This document shows positions 17,420 through 26,401 of a DNA stretch of 64,000 nt, in pieces. Positions within the stretch are counted from its first letter, which is position 1, and every line of letters begins with the position of its first letter. The notes beneath the pieces were generated by a model. The model made no database searches and was not told the DNA's origin. It worked only from the letters and a program-made list of their open reading frames with translations. The translations under genes and the position numbers were made by a program. Source of the stretch: a virus. The stretch lies in the IMG/VR virus record IMGVR_UViG_3300027714_000011, positions 14,554 through 78,553 of that record, one strand, 5' to 3'.

Positions 17420-17788
17420 ATGATAGGCGGAGTACAAAAAAAAATATTAGTCGACATGAATGACGACGGTAATCTTGCAATCAACGCAGATTTTGCAGAA
17501 CTTTTTTATAAAGAACAAGAGAAGAACTGGAAATTAGTCAGAGAACGCGACAACCTTACTAAATATTCCAGAGCCATAATTTGGATAAATTGGAATGAAG
17601 ACAATACGTTTAAATCTCAACAAGAAAATATAGAGGTTGGCTTTAGTTTACTCATGAGCCCGTTTGACCAGTCTTTTACTTGGCAAACAACTGTTGTAAC
17701 AGAAATTATTGAAAACAGAGAACGCTATATTAAATTCAAAACTGGAAATAGTATTTACGAATTATTTAAAGTAGAAGATGAGCAGTAG
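17420..17788 (+). CDS. hypothetical protein
   Basis: WQTTVVTEI...FKTGNSIYEL, a phage-type motif. Confidence 0.7.
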   Translation: MIGGVQKKILVDMNDDGNLAINADFAELFYKEQEKNWKLVRERDNLTKYSRAIIWINWNEDNTFKSQQENIEVGFSLLMSPFDQSFTWQTTVVTEIIENRERYIKFKTGNSIYELFKVEDEQ

Positions 17789-18380
17789 ACAATTTACATG
17801 GTGGCGTAGATTTGGCGGAGTAATGAAATTACCAAAGTCATATCTATATAATGGAGCTTCTGAATTATTACAGCGTATAGAGTTTGGTGAATATGAATTT
17901 AATCATTTAGGTAGAGAGATTTATTTAGAAGATAAAATATATGAAGCTAAATCCGATATCATTAAAAAGGAAAGTCCGTGGTTGAAGGGCGAAACTTTAG
18001 ATGAGGCACTTGAATATGATCGCAAACAAACTAATAAACGTAAAGCTGTAATGATGAAAAAACACTTAGAGTTAGAACAGACATTATTGTGGAAGTTAGC
18101 AGAAGATCTTGCAAATGAATTCAAATTATCTAAAGAAAACGTGATAGAAATTATGGAAACATTTGATGGCACAACACGTGAACTTTATTTTAAATGCATG
18201 AGTATATCTATTAAAAAAGATATTGAACCATCTAAGATGCAGAGATTTTTTAAAGAGCAACCTAGACATATTTTAAAACCAAAGGAACGTAAATACTCTA
18301 AAATGTGGGCAGAATTAATTAAAGAACACAAATGGCAGAGATATTTAAACTGGGAAACAATTACAAAACCTAACATATAA
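17778..18380 (+). CDS. hypothetical protein
   Basis: 200-aa ORF. Confidence 0.75.
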   Translation: MSSRQFTWWRRFGGVMKLPKSYLYNGASELLQRIEFGEYEFNHLGREIYLEDKIYEAKSDIIKKESPWLKGETLDEALEYDRKQTNKRKAVMMKKHLELEQTLLWKLAEDLANEFKLSKENVIEIMETFDGTTRELYFKCMSISIKKDIEPSKMQRFFKEQPRHILKPKERKYSKMWAELIKEHKWQRYLNWETITKPNI

Positions 18381-18385
18381 CACAT

Positions 18386-18586
18386 ATGAATTTATTCGAT
18401 ACGATTTTATATTATATTTTGATAGGCGTTTGTTTTAACGCGCTGTATGATTTTATAATTTCTAAACTAGAAAATGAATCATTGCGATTAAATATGAGAG
18501 AGCGAATAGTGGTTACATTAATTTGGCCAGTGTATATTACATTACTAATATTTAATTCTATTAAAAACCAAAACAAAGATGAGTAA
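18386..18586 (+). CDS. small membrane protein
   Basis: Two hydrophobic helices, IWP motif. Confidence 0.65.
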   Translation: MNLFDTILYYILIGVCFNALYDFIISKLENESLRLNMRERIVVTLIWPVYITLLIFNSIKNQNKDE

Positions 18587-18770
18587 AGAAGATAATAGTT
18601 ACATAGTATTTGCAGAAGATTCAACTGCAATGATGCAAGAATCATTAATACAACAGAGTAATCCATTAACAAAGGAACGTGCTATTGAGTTTGCAGAAAG
18701 AATTAAAGATAGAGATAACCTATTCTGTGTTACCATTCTTAAAAGAGTTACTAAAGAAGAATTAAACTAA
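18579..18770 (+). CDS. hypothetical protein
   Basis: 63-aa ORF. Confidence 0.6.
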   Translation: MSKEDNSYIVFAEDSTAMMQESLIQQSNPLTKERAIEFAERIKDRDNLFCVTILKRVTKEELN

Positions 18771-18782
18771 ACCAAAACAAAG

Positions 18783-19700
18783 ATGAGTAATTACGGATAT
18801 TGTTGTATTAACACAACTTTGCAGAAATCAGATAAAGTTACTACTAATCGTAGTATGATTAAACGAACCTTTGCAGATAAAGGCATAGAGTACGCATCAG
18901 AACTTGCACTACTCAATGCAAAAGACTTAGTTAAGATTATTAATTGGAATAATCGTAATGGCATCAAGCTGTTCCGTATCAGTTCTGACATGTTTCCATG
19001 GATGAGCGAGTATGAATTGTCTGATCTTCCAGATTATAATAAGATAGCAAACATTCTTAAGGGCGCTGGTAAAATAGCAATGGATAACGGTCAACGTTTA
19101 ACATTTCACCCTGGACCATTCGACGTTTTAGCATCGCTTACACAACGAGTAGTTGATAAATGTATCATTGATCTCAACAAACATGGTGAAATTATGGATT
19201 TACTTGGTTTACCAAGAGATCACTCTGCACCAATCAATATACATGTCAATACTACACAAGGTGGTAAAGACGAAGCAATGCAAAGATTTGTAGATAACTT
19301 TTATTTATTAGATGACAGCGTAAGTAAACGTCTTGTTGTAGAAAATGACGATAAGGAAAGTCAATACACTACTGAAGATCTACATACAGGTATATATGAT
19401 AAAATAGGTATACCTATCACATTTGATTATCATCACCATTGGTGTCATCCTGGAGAATTAACACAGGAAGAAGCACTTAAACTGGCATCTACGACATGGC
19501 CTAATGGTATCAAACAACTAGTACATTTTTCTTCATGTCAACAAATCCATGAAAATTCTGAACAAACTAACAAGAGAGCACATTCAGATTACATATATGA
19601 ATTCATAGAAGACTACGGATTAAATTTGGATATTGAATTAGAAGCTAAAGCAAAAGAATTAGCCCTTCAAAAATACGTGAAACAATATAAAATATATTAA
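18783..19700 (+). CDS. uvsE: UV damage endonuclease
   Basis: GYCCIN, FRISSDMFP, RLTFHPGPF, LVVENDD, FDYHHH, AHSDY, EAKAKE. Confidence 0.92.
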   Translation: MSNYGYCCINTTLQKSDKVTTNRSMIKRTFADKGIEYASELALLNAKDLVKIINWNNRNGIKLFRISSDMFPWMSEYELSDLPDYNKIANILKGAGKIAMDNGQRLTFHPGPFDVLASLTQRVVDKCIIDLNKHGEIMDLLGLPRDHSAPINIHVNTTQGGKDEAMQRFVDNFYLLDDSVSKRLVVENDDKESQYTTEDLHTGIYDKIGIPITFDYHHHWCHPGELTQEEALKLASTTWPNGIKQLVHFSSCQQIHENSEQTNKRAHSDYIYEFIEDYGLNLDIELEAKAKELALQKYVKQYKIY

Positions 19701-19727
19701 TATAACTAGTATAAAATAAAAATATTT

Positions 19728-19940
19728 ATGAAAGGAATTTTAAACAGAATTAAAAAGTTTAGGAATATTCTTAATCAAAGACAACTTGGTATACAGAGTA
19801 CACTCTTTTTAGTCTTTGCAATAACATCGTTCTTTTTGGACAATTCAAATAATTTTTGGATGTTTATTATATGTTCGATCTTATTTTCAGGACTACAAAG
19901 AATAGTTGACGAATTAGAAAGTAATAATAAAAAAAAGTAA
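19728..19940 (+). CDS. small membrane protein
   Basis: Two hydrophobic segments. Confidence 0.6.
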   Translation: MKGILNRIKKFRNILNQRQLGIQSTLFLVFAITSFFLDNSNNFWMFIICSILFSGLQRIVDELESNNKKK

Positions 19941-19943
19941 ATT

Positions 19944-20189
19944 ATGAGTTTAAAAGTAGACGCGCTTAGAGCAAAGTACGTAGCGATGAGATTAGAAGCT
20001 GTCGCAACATTAGAAATTTATTCTAAAAATGCAGTAGGAATTGGTGAACACCCTCAGGTAATTGAAGAGATGGACAAATTAGTTAGAGTTGTCGCAGATG
20101 TCACTGGATATCTAGAAGCACTAGATGCTATATTTGTTACAACAGATGATGGAGCAATTGTAGGTGAAACAGGACCACTTAACGAGTAA
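19944..20189 (+). CDS. conserved phage hypothetical protein
   Basis: NAVGIGEHPQVIEE motif, which I recall from T4-like aquatic phages. Confidence 0.75.
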   Translation: MSLKVDALRAKYVAMRLEAVATLEIYSKNAVGIGEHPQVIEEMDKLVRVVADVTGYLEALDAIFVTTDDGAIVGETGPLNE

Positions 20190-20212
20190 CATTCTTAACC
20201 AACTTAACCACT

Positions 20213-20245
20213 AAAATGGGATGAAGAAATTCATCCCATTTTTTT
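20213..20245 (+). terminator. Intrinsic terminator
   Basis: aaaatgggatgaa-GAAA-ttcatcccatttt, a perfect stem with a T-run. Confidence 0.85.
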
Positions 20246-20247
20246 AT

Positions 20248-20256
20248 GATATATAA
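20248..20256 (+). promoter_or_regulatory. Putative late promoter GATATATAA
   Basis: Immediately after the terminator and before the head-protein operon. Confidence 0.6.
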
Positions 20257-20261
20257 TTCAT

Positions 20262-20960
20262 ATGAAACATTTAAAAACATTTGGTGACTTTCTAGTTGAA
20301 GGAAGATCAGCATACGATGGATTAGCATCTAAACTTACTAAAGCAATATTTAACAAATGGGTTAAATCTTATAAAGGCGGGAACGATGCTATTAATTACG
20401 CAGATCAAATAGAAGAAAGAGGCTTAGAATTTGATATTGAAGCTACTATTCATATTGATAAAAAGTTTAAGGGATTTGAAGTTATTGATTCAACTGGGGC
20501 AGATGGTAGAGACGATGACGATGACGGTGATTTTCAAACACCATTTATTAATATAGATTTTGGAATAAATCCAGAGTGGATTCCTGGTGAATGGTCAGAA
20601 GTTTATTTTCATTTAGCAGATGTTGTCCGCCATGAAATGGAACACATTACACAAGACGGTATCGATCACGGTAATTATAGAAAGGGCAAACCTAATGAGG
20701 ATGATAGTGAATTAAGAGCTTATATAAAAATGGGACTTTTACCAAAATCACAATATCTTATGTTACCTAAAGAAGTAGATGCTAATTTACAGGGACTTAG
20801 GTTTGAAGCTAAGAAAAGAAAGAAATCAATGATCGACACTGTTAACAAATATCTGGACACTCAAGAACAAGGCGGAACTATTAACGGTGAAGAACGAGAA
20901 ATTGTGTTAGATTTATGGAGACGAAGAGCTGAAAAAATAGGAGGTATACCTAAATTTTAA
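20262..20960 (+). CDS. putative Zn-metallopeptidase-like internal head protein
   Basis: N-terminus MKHLKTFGDFLVE; HEMEH (HExxH) with downstream EVDA. Confidence 0.6.
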   Translation: MKHLKTFGDFLVEGRSAYDGLASKLTKAIFNKWVKSYKGGNDAINYADQIEERGLEFDIEATIHIDKKFKGFEVIDSTGADGRDDDDDGDFQTPFINIDFGINPEWIPGEWSEVYFHLADVVRHEMEHITQDGIDHGNYRKGKPNEDDSELRAYIKMGLLPKSQYLMLPKEVDANLQGLRFEAKKRKKSMIDTVNKYLDTQEQGGTINGEEREIVLDLWRRRAEKIGGIPKF

Positions 20961-20961
20961 C

Positions 20962-21414
20962 ATGAAGCATATTAAATTATTTGAAGAATTTACGGCCAAT
21001 CAAGTTACGTGTGATAATTGTGGATGGTCTTGGGAAATAGAAGACGGTGGAGATGATGTGTTCCTTTGTCATAAATGCGAACATGATAATGACAATGTGA
21101 TCGGAGAAGAATATGTTTTACAAGATTTAGAAAAGGAATTAGGAATTTCTTTGGATTTATGGGACAATGGAGAGTATTTAACCTTGAGTAGAATAGTAAT
21201 ATCTAAAGAGCATCGAGGTTCTGGAATAGGAACAGATGCAATGGCAAGGATTATAGACTTTGCAGATAAATATAGTAAAGATATAAGATTAACTCCATCT
21301 AAGGATTTCGGTGCAACTTCGGTTGCAAGATTACAAAAGTTCTATAAAGGATTTGATTTCGTAAAAAATAAGGATTATAAATATAAGGACACTATGGTTC
21401 GATACGCCAAATAA
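20962..21414 (+). CDS. GNAT acetyltransferase with Zn-ribbon, putative internal head protein
   Basis: MKHIKLFEEF; CDNC..CHKC; HRGSGIGT; LQKFYKGFDF. Confidence 0.75.
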   Translation: MKHIKLFEEFTANQVTCDNCGWSWEIEDGGDDVFLCHKCEHDNDNVIGEEYVLQDLEKELGISLDLWDNGEYLTLSRIVISKEHRGSGIGTDAMARIIDFADKYSKDIRLTPSKDFGATSVARLQKFYKGFDFVKNKDYKYKDTMVRYAK

Positions 21415-21416
21415 TT

Positions 21417-22094
21417 ATGAAATATATTAAAATATTCGAGGATTTTATTAAAGAGTCCGTTTCAGAAGATTCATACAATGATTACCCTAGCGCTGCTAAA
21501 AAAAATGCACAATTGGCTATTGATTGGAAAGAAAAGTACGGCAGAGACGAAGTTGAAGCTGGAACTGCAGTTGGCTGGGCAAGAGCACACCAATTAGCTA
21601 AAGGTGAAAACTTATCAGGTGATACTGTTAAAAGAATGGCATCATTCAATAGACATCGTAAAAATTCTACAATTGCTTCAGAATTCAAAGACACTCCATG
21701 GAAAGATAAAGGTTATGTGTCATGGTTAATTTGGGGTGGAGATGAAGGTGTTGATTGGGCATTAGAAAAATCAAAATCATTATCTGAATCATTATCAATG
21801 TTTGGTCAATTTTTAAATGAAAAGAAAAAGAGTAAACCCAAAACAGATAAACAAAAGATAAAAGATCTTACTAAGAAACAGAAGAAGTTGTCTGATAAAA
21901 ACAAGGACATAGTAGATAAAATTAATAAATTGGGTAAAGATGATGAAAAAGATCCTACTGATAAATTACAAAGTTTATTATTAAAATCTCAATTGCAACA
22001 AACGGCAGCAGACGGTATGAAAGCCGCAGTTCAAAAACAACAGATAACATTAAAGTCTAAATTAAAAACAGTTAAAAAAAGAAGTAAAGTATAA
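21417..22094 (+). CDS. putative internal head protein
   Basis: MKYIKIFEDFIKE; phage domain GTAVGWARAHQL...TVKRMASF.RH...WLIWGG; second motif LSMFGQFLNE; Lys-rich tail. Confidence 0.65.
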   Translation: MKYIKIFEDFIKESVSEDSYNDYPSAAKKNAQLAIDWKEKYGRDEVEAGTAVGWARAHQLAKGENLSGDTVKRMASFNRHRKNSTIASEFKDTPWKDKGYVSWLIWGGDEGVDWALEKSKSLSESLSMFGQFLNEKKKSKPKTDKQKIKDLTKKQKKLSDKNKDIVDKINKLGKDDEKDPTDKLQSLLLKSQLQQTAADGMKAAVQKQQITLKSKLKTVKKRSKV

Positions 22095-22100
22095 ATCAAT

Positions 22101-22643
22101 ATGAAATTTATAAAAGCATTTGAAAACTGGAACGATAAGCGAAAAGGTCCACATCCGTATGACAGAGGTTTAACTAAGAAAGAGGAAGAAGAAAAGGAAG
22201 ATCAAATGAAGGATCAGGCTAAAATGGACAATGATGATCCTGATGCATATAAAGAAATGCCTGGAGATAAAGAAGCTAGGGAAAAAGGTGAAGTAAAAAC
22301 ATCTAAGCATGTAAAATCCTATCACGAATTATATGGAGATGAGACTGATGAATCATTAAGCGAAAGTGAAGATGGACCAATCGATGACGACAAAGTTGAG
22401 ACCGCACTTAAAAAGAAAGAGAAAGAAACAGGTGTACCTTTAAAATTCTTAAGAACTATAATGAGAAGAGGTATGGCCGCTTGGAAAACTGGACACAGGC
22501 CGGGCACTGGAGTTCACCAATGGGGTTACGCGAGAGTTAATTCTTTTTTGACAAAACAAGAAGGTACATGGGGCGGAGCTGATAAAGATATTGCTAAAGA
22601 AGTCAGAGACGGTGGTCATGATTCAGATCTAAAGAGTTCATAA
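22101..22643 (+). CDS. putative internal head protein (DUF5824-like C-terminus)
   Basis: MKFIKAFENW; RRGMAAWKTGHRPG...QWGYARVNSF. Confidence 0.6.
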   Translation: MKFIKAFENWNDKRKGPHPYDRGLTKKEEEEKEDQMKDQAKMDNDDPDAYKEMPGDKEAREKGEVKTSKHVKSYHELYGDETDESLSESEDGPIDDDKVETALKKKEKETGVPLKFLRTIMRRGMAAWKTGHRPGTGVHQWGYARVNSFLTKQEGTWGGADKDIAKEVRDGGHDSDLKSS

Positions 22644-22667
22644 TAAACAGCCAAATTATTTTACAGA

Positions 22668-23543
22668 ATGGAATTAAAAAAGACGGCTTTTTATAAAGCT
22701 ACACTGGAGTGGAGTGAAAAATTTAGAAAACTTTTACGATCCAGGCCATATAATTTTTGGCGAAGATATATGTTTGACGTGAATAGACATGTAGATAAAA
22801 TCTATATGTTACATCTGCCGCATCATATTAATAGAATGGTGAATATTGAAAAAAATCTATCTTTAATAAGAACACCAACTGGAACTCTCTTAGATCATGT
22901 GACATTGTGGGCAGGTTTTTATAAGAAAACAAAATGGGATCATAAACTACATGAACCAGAATATTCATTAGAATATGCATGGAAATTACAACCCTCTCCC
23001 GAATTAGAAGAAAATCTAGGTAGATTACTATCTAAACATGAACGAGAAACCTTTAAAATAACATGTTCTTTGCCAGAAAGTAATATTGCTCTTGGACATT
23101 TAAGTATTCTACAAGATATTGTTGATAACAATCACGGACATGCACTGATATTGGAAGACGATATTAGAATCTGTGATGGTTTTTCTTTCCTAATAACACG
23201 TGCAATGAATGAGTTACCAGAAGATTGGGATATTTTGTATGTATCATACCAACCTGTTATGTATGATTTTAAAAGTGAACCATATTCTGAGGATCTAGTT
23301 AAAATACAAAGAGGCGTTTGGTGGATGTCAGGTGTATTTGTTAGTCAACGCGCTGCTAAAAAACTATTAAGCAATTTACCAGTCATTGGGCCTATAGATG
23401 TATGGATTAATTATCATTTTGATGATCTGAATGTATTTGGCACAAAGTATAATTATATTAGTCAAAACAAAACAATAGATTCTAATAATGAACACTCTTA
23501 TCCTGTTGCTTTAAAAAATATGAAAATAAACAAGGATATATAA
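22668..23543 (+). CDS. Glycosyltransferase family 25
   Basis: IYMLHL...R, ALGHLSIL, ALILEDD, LPEDWDILY, PIDVW. Confidence 0.8.
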   Translation: MELKKTAFYKATLEWSEKFRKLLRSRPYNFWRRYMFDVNRHVDKIYMLHLPHHINRMVNIEKNLSLIRTPTGTLLDHVTLWAGFYKKTKWDHKLHEPEYSLEYAWKLQPSPELEENLGRLLSKHERETFKITCSLPESNIALGHLSILQDIVDNNHGHALILEDDIRICDGFSFLITRAMNELPEDWDILYVSYQPVMYDFKSEPYSEDLVKIQRGVWWMSGVFVSQRAAKKLLSNLPVIGPIDVWINYHFDDLNVFGTKYNYISQNKTIDSNNEHSYPVALKNMKINKDI

Positions 23544-23570
23544 TAAAAGATTATAAAAAAATAAATTATC

Positions 23571-24092
23571 ATGGATAAGAAAATATTATCATTTGAAGAG
23601 TATGCAGCTAATAAGAAATTAGACACAACTGATGACGTAGAATTAACAGAAGTTGAAGAGACTGAAGACGAAGAAGTTGAAGAGACTGAAGACGAAGAAG
23701 TTGAAGAGACTGAAGACGAAGAAGTTGAAGAGACTGAAGACGAAGAAGTTGAAGAGACTGAAGATGAGGATTCTGACGAAGATGAGGATTCTGACGAAGA
23801 TGAGAACGTAATAGAATCATGTTCTGAACAACTAAAGAAATGTTATGAGTCTGCTATCAAAGAAGCATGTACTTATGAAGGTGATGATTATCCTGATCAT
23901 ACATTGGAATCTTATTTAAAAGAAAATGCAACCTTAGTAGCTTCATTAGCGGCTGAAATGCTAGAACAAGCACATGCAGAACTTGAAAAAGATGATCTTA
24001 CCGTTGAAACATATGAGAGTTTATTAAATTCCATGAAAGATTCTTACAATAAGAAAATAGAAGAATTAAAAGAAACTTGGAGTTCTAAGTAA
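23571..24092 (+). CDS. highly acidic putative internal head protein
   Basis: MDKKILSFEEY; (EVEETEDE)x5; late-promoter motif at 23535. Confidence 0.7.
   Translation: MDKKILSFEEYAANKKLDTTDDVELTEVEETEDEEVEETEDEEVEETEDEEVEETEDEEVEETEDEDSDEDEDSDEDENVIESCSEQLKKCYESAIKEACTYEGDDYPDHTLESYLKENATLVASLAAEMLEQAHAELEKDDLTVETYESLLNSMKDSYNKKIEELKETWSSK
23649..23804 (+). repeat. Coding tandem repeat: 24 nt x5, then 18 nt x2
   Basis: gaagttgaagagactgaagacgaa; gattctgacgaagatgag. Confidence 0.9.
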
Positions 24093-24124
24093 TGTAATTT
24101 GAGTATCATCGAATTAAACTTTTT

Positions 24125-24160
24125 AAAAGGTTCATGTATAATACATGGACCTTTTTTATT
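24125..24160 (+). terminator. Intrinsic terminator
   Basis: aaaaggttcatgta-taa-tacatggacctttt plus T-run. Confidence 0.75.
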
Positions 24161-24171
24161 TAAGAGATATT

Positions 24172-24678
24172 ATGCCTAGAATACCAGTAGATTTAATTTA
24201 TATGCAAATGGCTTATCAAATAGCCAAACTATCATACGCCAAAAGACGTCGAGTGGGATGTGTTATCGTCAAAGATACGCAGATTATATCTACGGGCTAT
24301 AATGGAACTCCATATAATTTCGACAATGATTGTGAAGAAATACAAACCAGATATGTTGACAATCCAGACCATATGTTAATACTAACAGAAAAGGGATATG
24401 ATTGTGACAGAGGCTGCTGTTCTAAAGAAGTAACTAAACGTGAAGTATTACACGCAGAATCCAATGCATTGGCAAAAATCAGTAAGTCTACACTTTCATC
24501 TGAAGGTGCAGATCTTTATACTACTACGTGTCCATGTTTTGATTGTGCAAAGTTAATCATTCAATCAGGTATCAAGAGAGTTTATTTCTCTGAAGATTAT
24601 AGAGATATGAGTGGTGTTGAATTATTAAAAAGTGCAGGAATCGAAGTAAAAGAAGTTATATGTTGGAACGCGGAATAG
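24172..24678 (+). CDS. dCMP deaminase
   Basis: GYNGTP, LHAESNA, PCFDCAKLIIQSGI. Start moved to 24172 because 24145 lies inside the terminator. Confidence 0.9.
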   Translation: MPRIPVDLIYMQMAYQIAKLSYAKRRRVGCVIVKDTQIISTGYNGTPYNFDNDCEEIQTRYVDNPDHMLILTEKGYDCDRGCCSKEVTKREVLHAESNALAKISKSTLSSEGADLYTTTCPCFDCAKLIIQSGIKRVYFSEDYRDMSGVELLKSAGIEVKEVICWNAE

Positions 24679-26390
24679 ATGAAATTATAGATAGTGCACT
24701 GAACGGCAATTCGTTTGGTGAAGATTTTAAATTCCGAAAGGGACAACGAGAAATTATTACAAAGATATGTGAAACTTATTTAGAGGATCCTAAATCAACC
24801 TTAGTAATTGATGCACCAACAGGCGCCGGTAAATCACTGATTGCTATGTGGTCTGCTCATATACTAAAAGAATTAGGTAATAAGGGCTACATGGTAACTA
24901 GTGACCTGAGTCTTCAGGATCAATATGAGTCTGACTTCTATAAATATGGTTTGAGATGGCCATCAATTAAAGGTGTAGATAATTATGAATGTTCTGTTAA
25001 TGGTTTACCTTTTTCTCTTGGAGATTGTAAACTTAAAGGTATGGGATATGAACAAGCTGAACAATTAGATTGTTATAGTACATGTGATTATTTACAAAAC
25101 AGAAAAAGAGCAATCAATTACCCTATTTCATTATTGAATTATTCGTTTTGGTTAATTCAAAGAAATTATGTCGATGCTAAAATGAGACAAGACGATCGTA
25201 CTGTTCCATTTGAACAGAGAAACTTTGTTTTCTTTGATGAAGCACATAGAATAGATGACATAGTACAGAGTCATTTTAGTCCTCGAATAGATCCAACCGT
25301 AGTTGATAAAATGGTAACTTTAAATAGATTCGCCAGTAAACAAGGGTTTCAAGAAGCTACGTATACTAAAAATAAAATACAACATCTTGTAAATCAAATG
25401 ATGGTTGGAGGAAAGGCAGATGTTTTTTCTGCCATGGTAGAATTTGAAAGAATTTTGCATGGTTTTGGTAAAGTTAGGCAAGCTGCAAACAAAATAGCAA
25501 AAAAAAGATATGGAAGTGCAGGTGTTCCAAAAGATTGGCAAACTTCATTTGGACATTTCGATAGGCTCAAGGATATACATTGTAAATTTGAAGATTATTT
25601 ACGTTTAATAAAAGAGGTCGGTGTTGATAAAATGGTATTGGATCAAAACGAATATGAAGCTAAATTCATGTGTGTCGAAGAAAGTCTAATGATCAATAAG
25701 TATTTACATGAAAAGGCAGACTTTAAAGTTTTTATGAGTGCAACAATAGGTGATCCAAAGGCTTTTGTTAAAATAATGGGAATTAAGAATGCTAAGTTCA
25801 TTAGAATGGAGAACGCGTTCAATTATGACAAATCTCCTATAGTATTTGTTAATAGACATAAGCTTTCTTTCAGAGAAAGAGAAAAGAGCTTACCTAAAGT
25901 TGTAGAAATATTAGATCAGATTATAAGTAAACATAAAGGGCAGCGCGGAGTTATACACACTGGATCTTATGCATTTACTAATTTTATAAAACAAAACTCA
26001 AAACATACGTTTAGGCTCATGGATTATGAAAACTCCAAAGAGAAATCTGTAATGTTAGATTTGTTTAAAAAGAAAGAAGCTGCTGTATTGATGGGACCGT
26101 CGTTATTAGAAGGTTTAGATTTAAAGGATGATATAAGTAGATTTCAAATATTCTTTAAAGTTCCATACCCATCATTAGGTGATCCTTTAATTAAAGCTAA
26201 AATGCAAACGTCAAATGAATGGTATGATTGGAAAACGGGAATCAGTATTATGCAAGGTGTTGGAAGATCTGTAAGAAGTGAAAATGATTGGGCAGTGACA
26301 TATGTGTTAGATGCGTGTTTCAGGAGTTTGATATATAAACCAGGATTCTTCCCTCCAAGTTTCACAGAGAGGGTCAAGACTATAAAATAA
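24660..26390 (+). CDS. DinG/Rad3-like SF2 helicase
   Basis: APTGAGKS, Cys cluster, FDEAH, MSAT, EGLDL, KVPYP, QGVGRSVR. Confidence 0.88.
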   Translation: MLERGIDEIIDSALNGNSFGEDFKFRKGQREIITKICETYLEDPKSTLVIDAPTGAGKSLIAMWSAHILKELGNKGYMVTSDLSLQDQYESDFYKYGLRWPSIKGVDNYECSVNGLPFSLGDCKLKGMGYEQAEQLDCYSTCDYLQNRKRAINYPISLLNYSFWLIQRNYVDAKMRQDDRTVPFEQRNFVFFDEAHRIDDIVQSHFSPRIDPTVVDKMVTLNRFASKQGFQEATYTKNKIQHLVNQMMVGGKADVFSAMVEFERILHGFGKVRQAANKIAKKRYGSAGVPKDWQTSFGHFDRLKDIHCKFEDYLRLIKEVGVDKMVLDQNEYEAKFMCVEESLMINKYLHEKADFKVFMSATIGDPKAFVKIMGIKNAKFIRMENAFNYDKSPIVFVNRHKLSFREREKSLPKVVEILDQIISKHKGQRGVIHTGSYAFTNFIKQNSKHTFRLMDYENSKEKSVMLDLFKKKEAAVLMGPSLLEGLDLKDDISRFQIFFKVPYPSLGDPLIKAKMQTSNEWYDWKTGISIMQGVGRSVRSENDWAVTYVLDACFRSLIYKPGFFPPSFTERVKTIK

Positions 26391-26401
26391 AATCTATTAT
26401 T

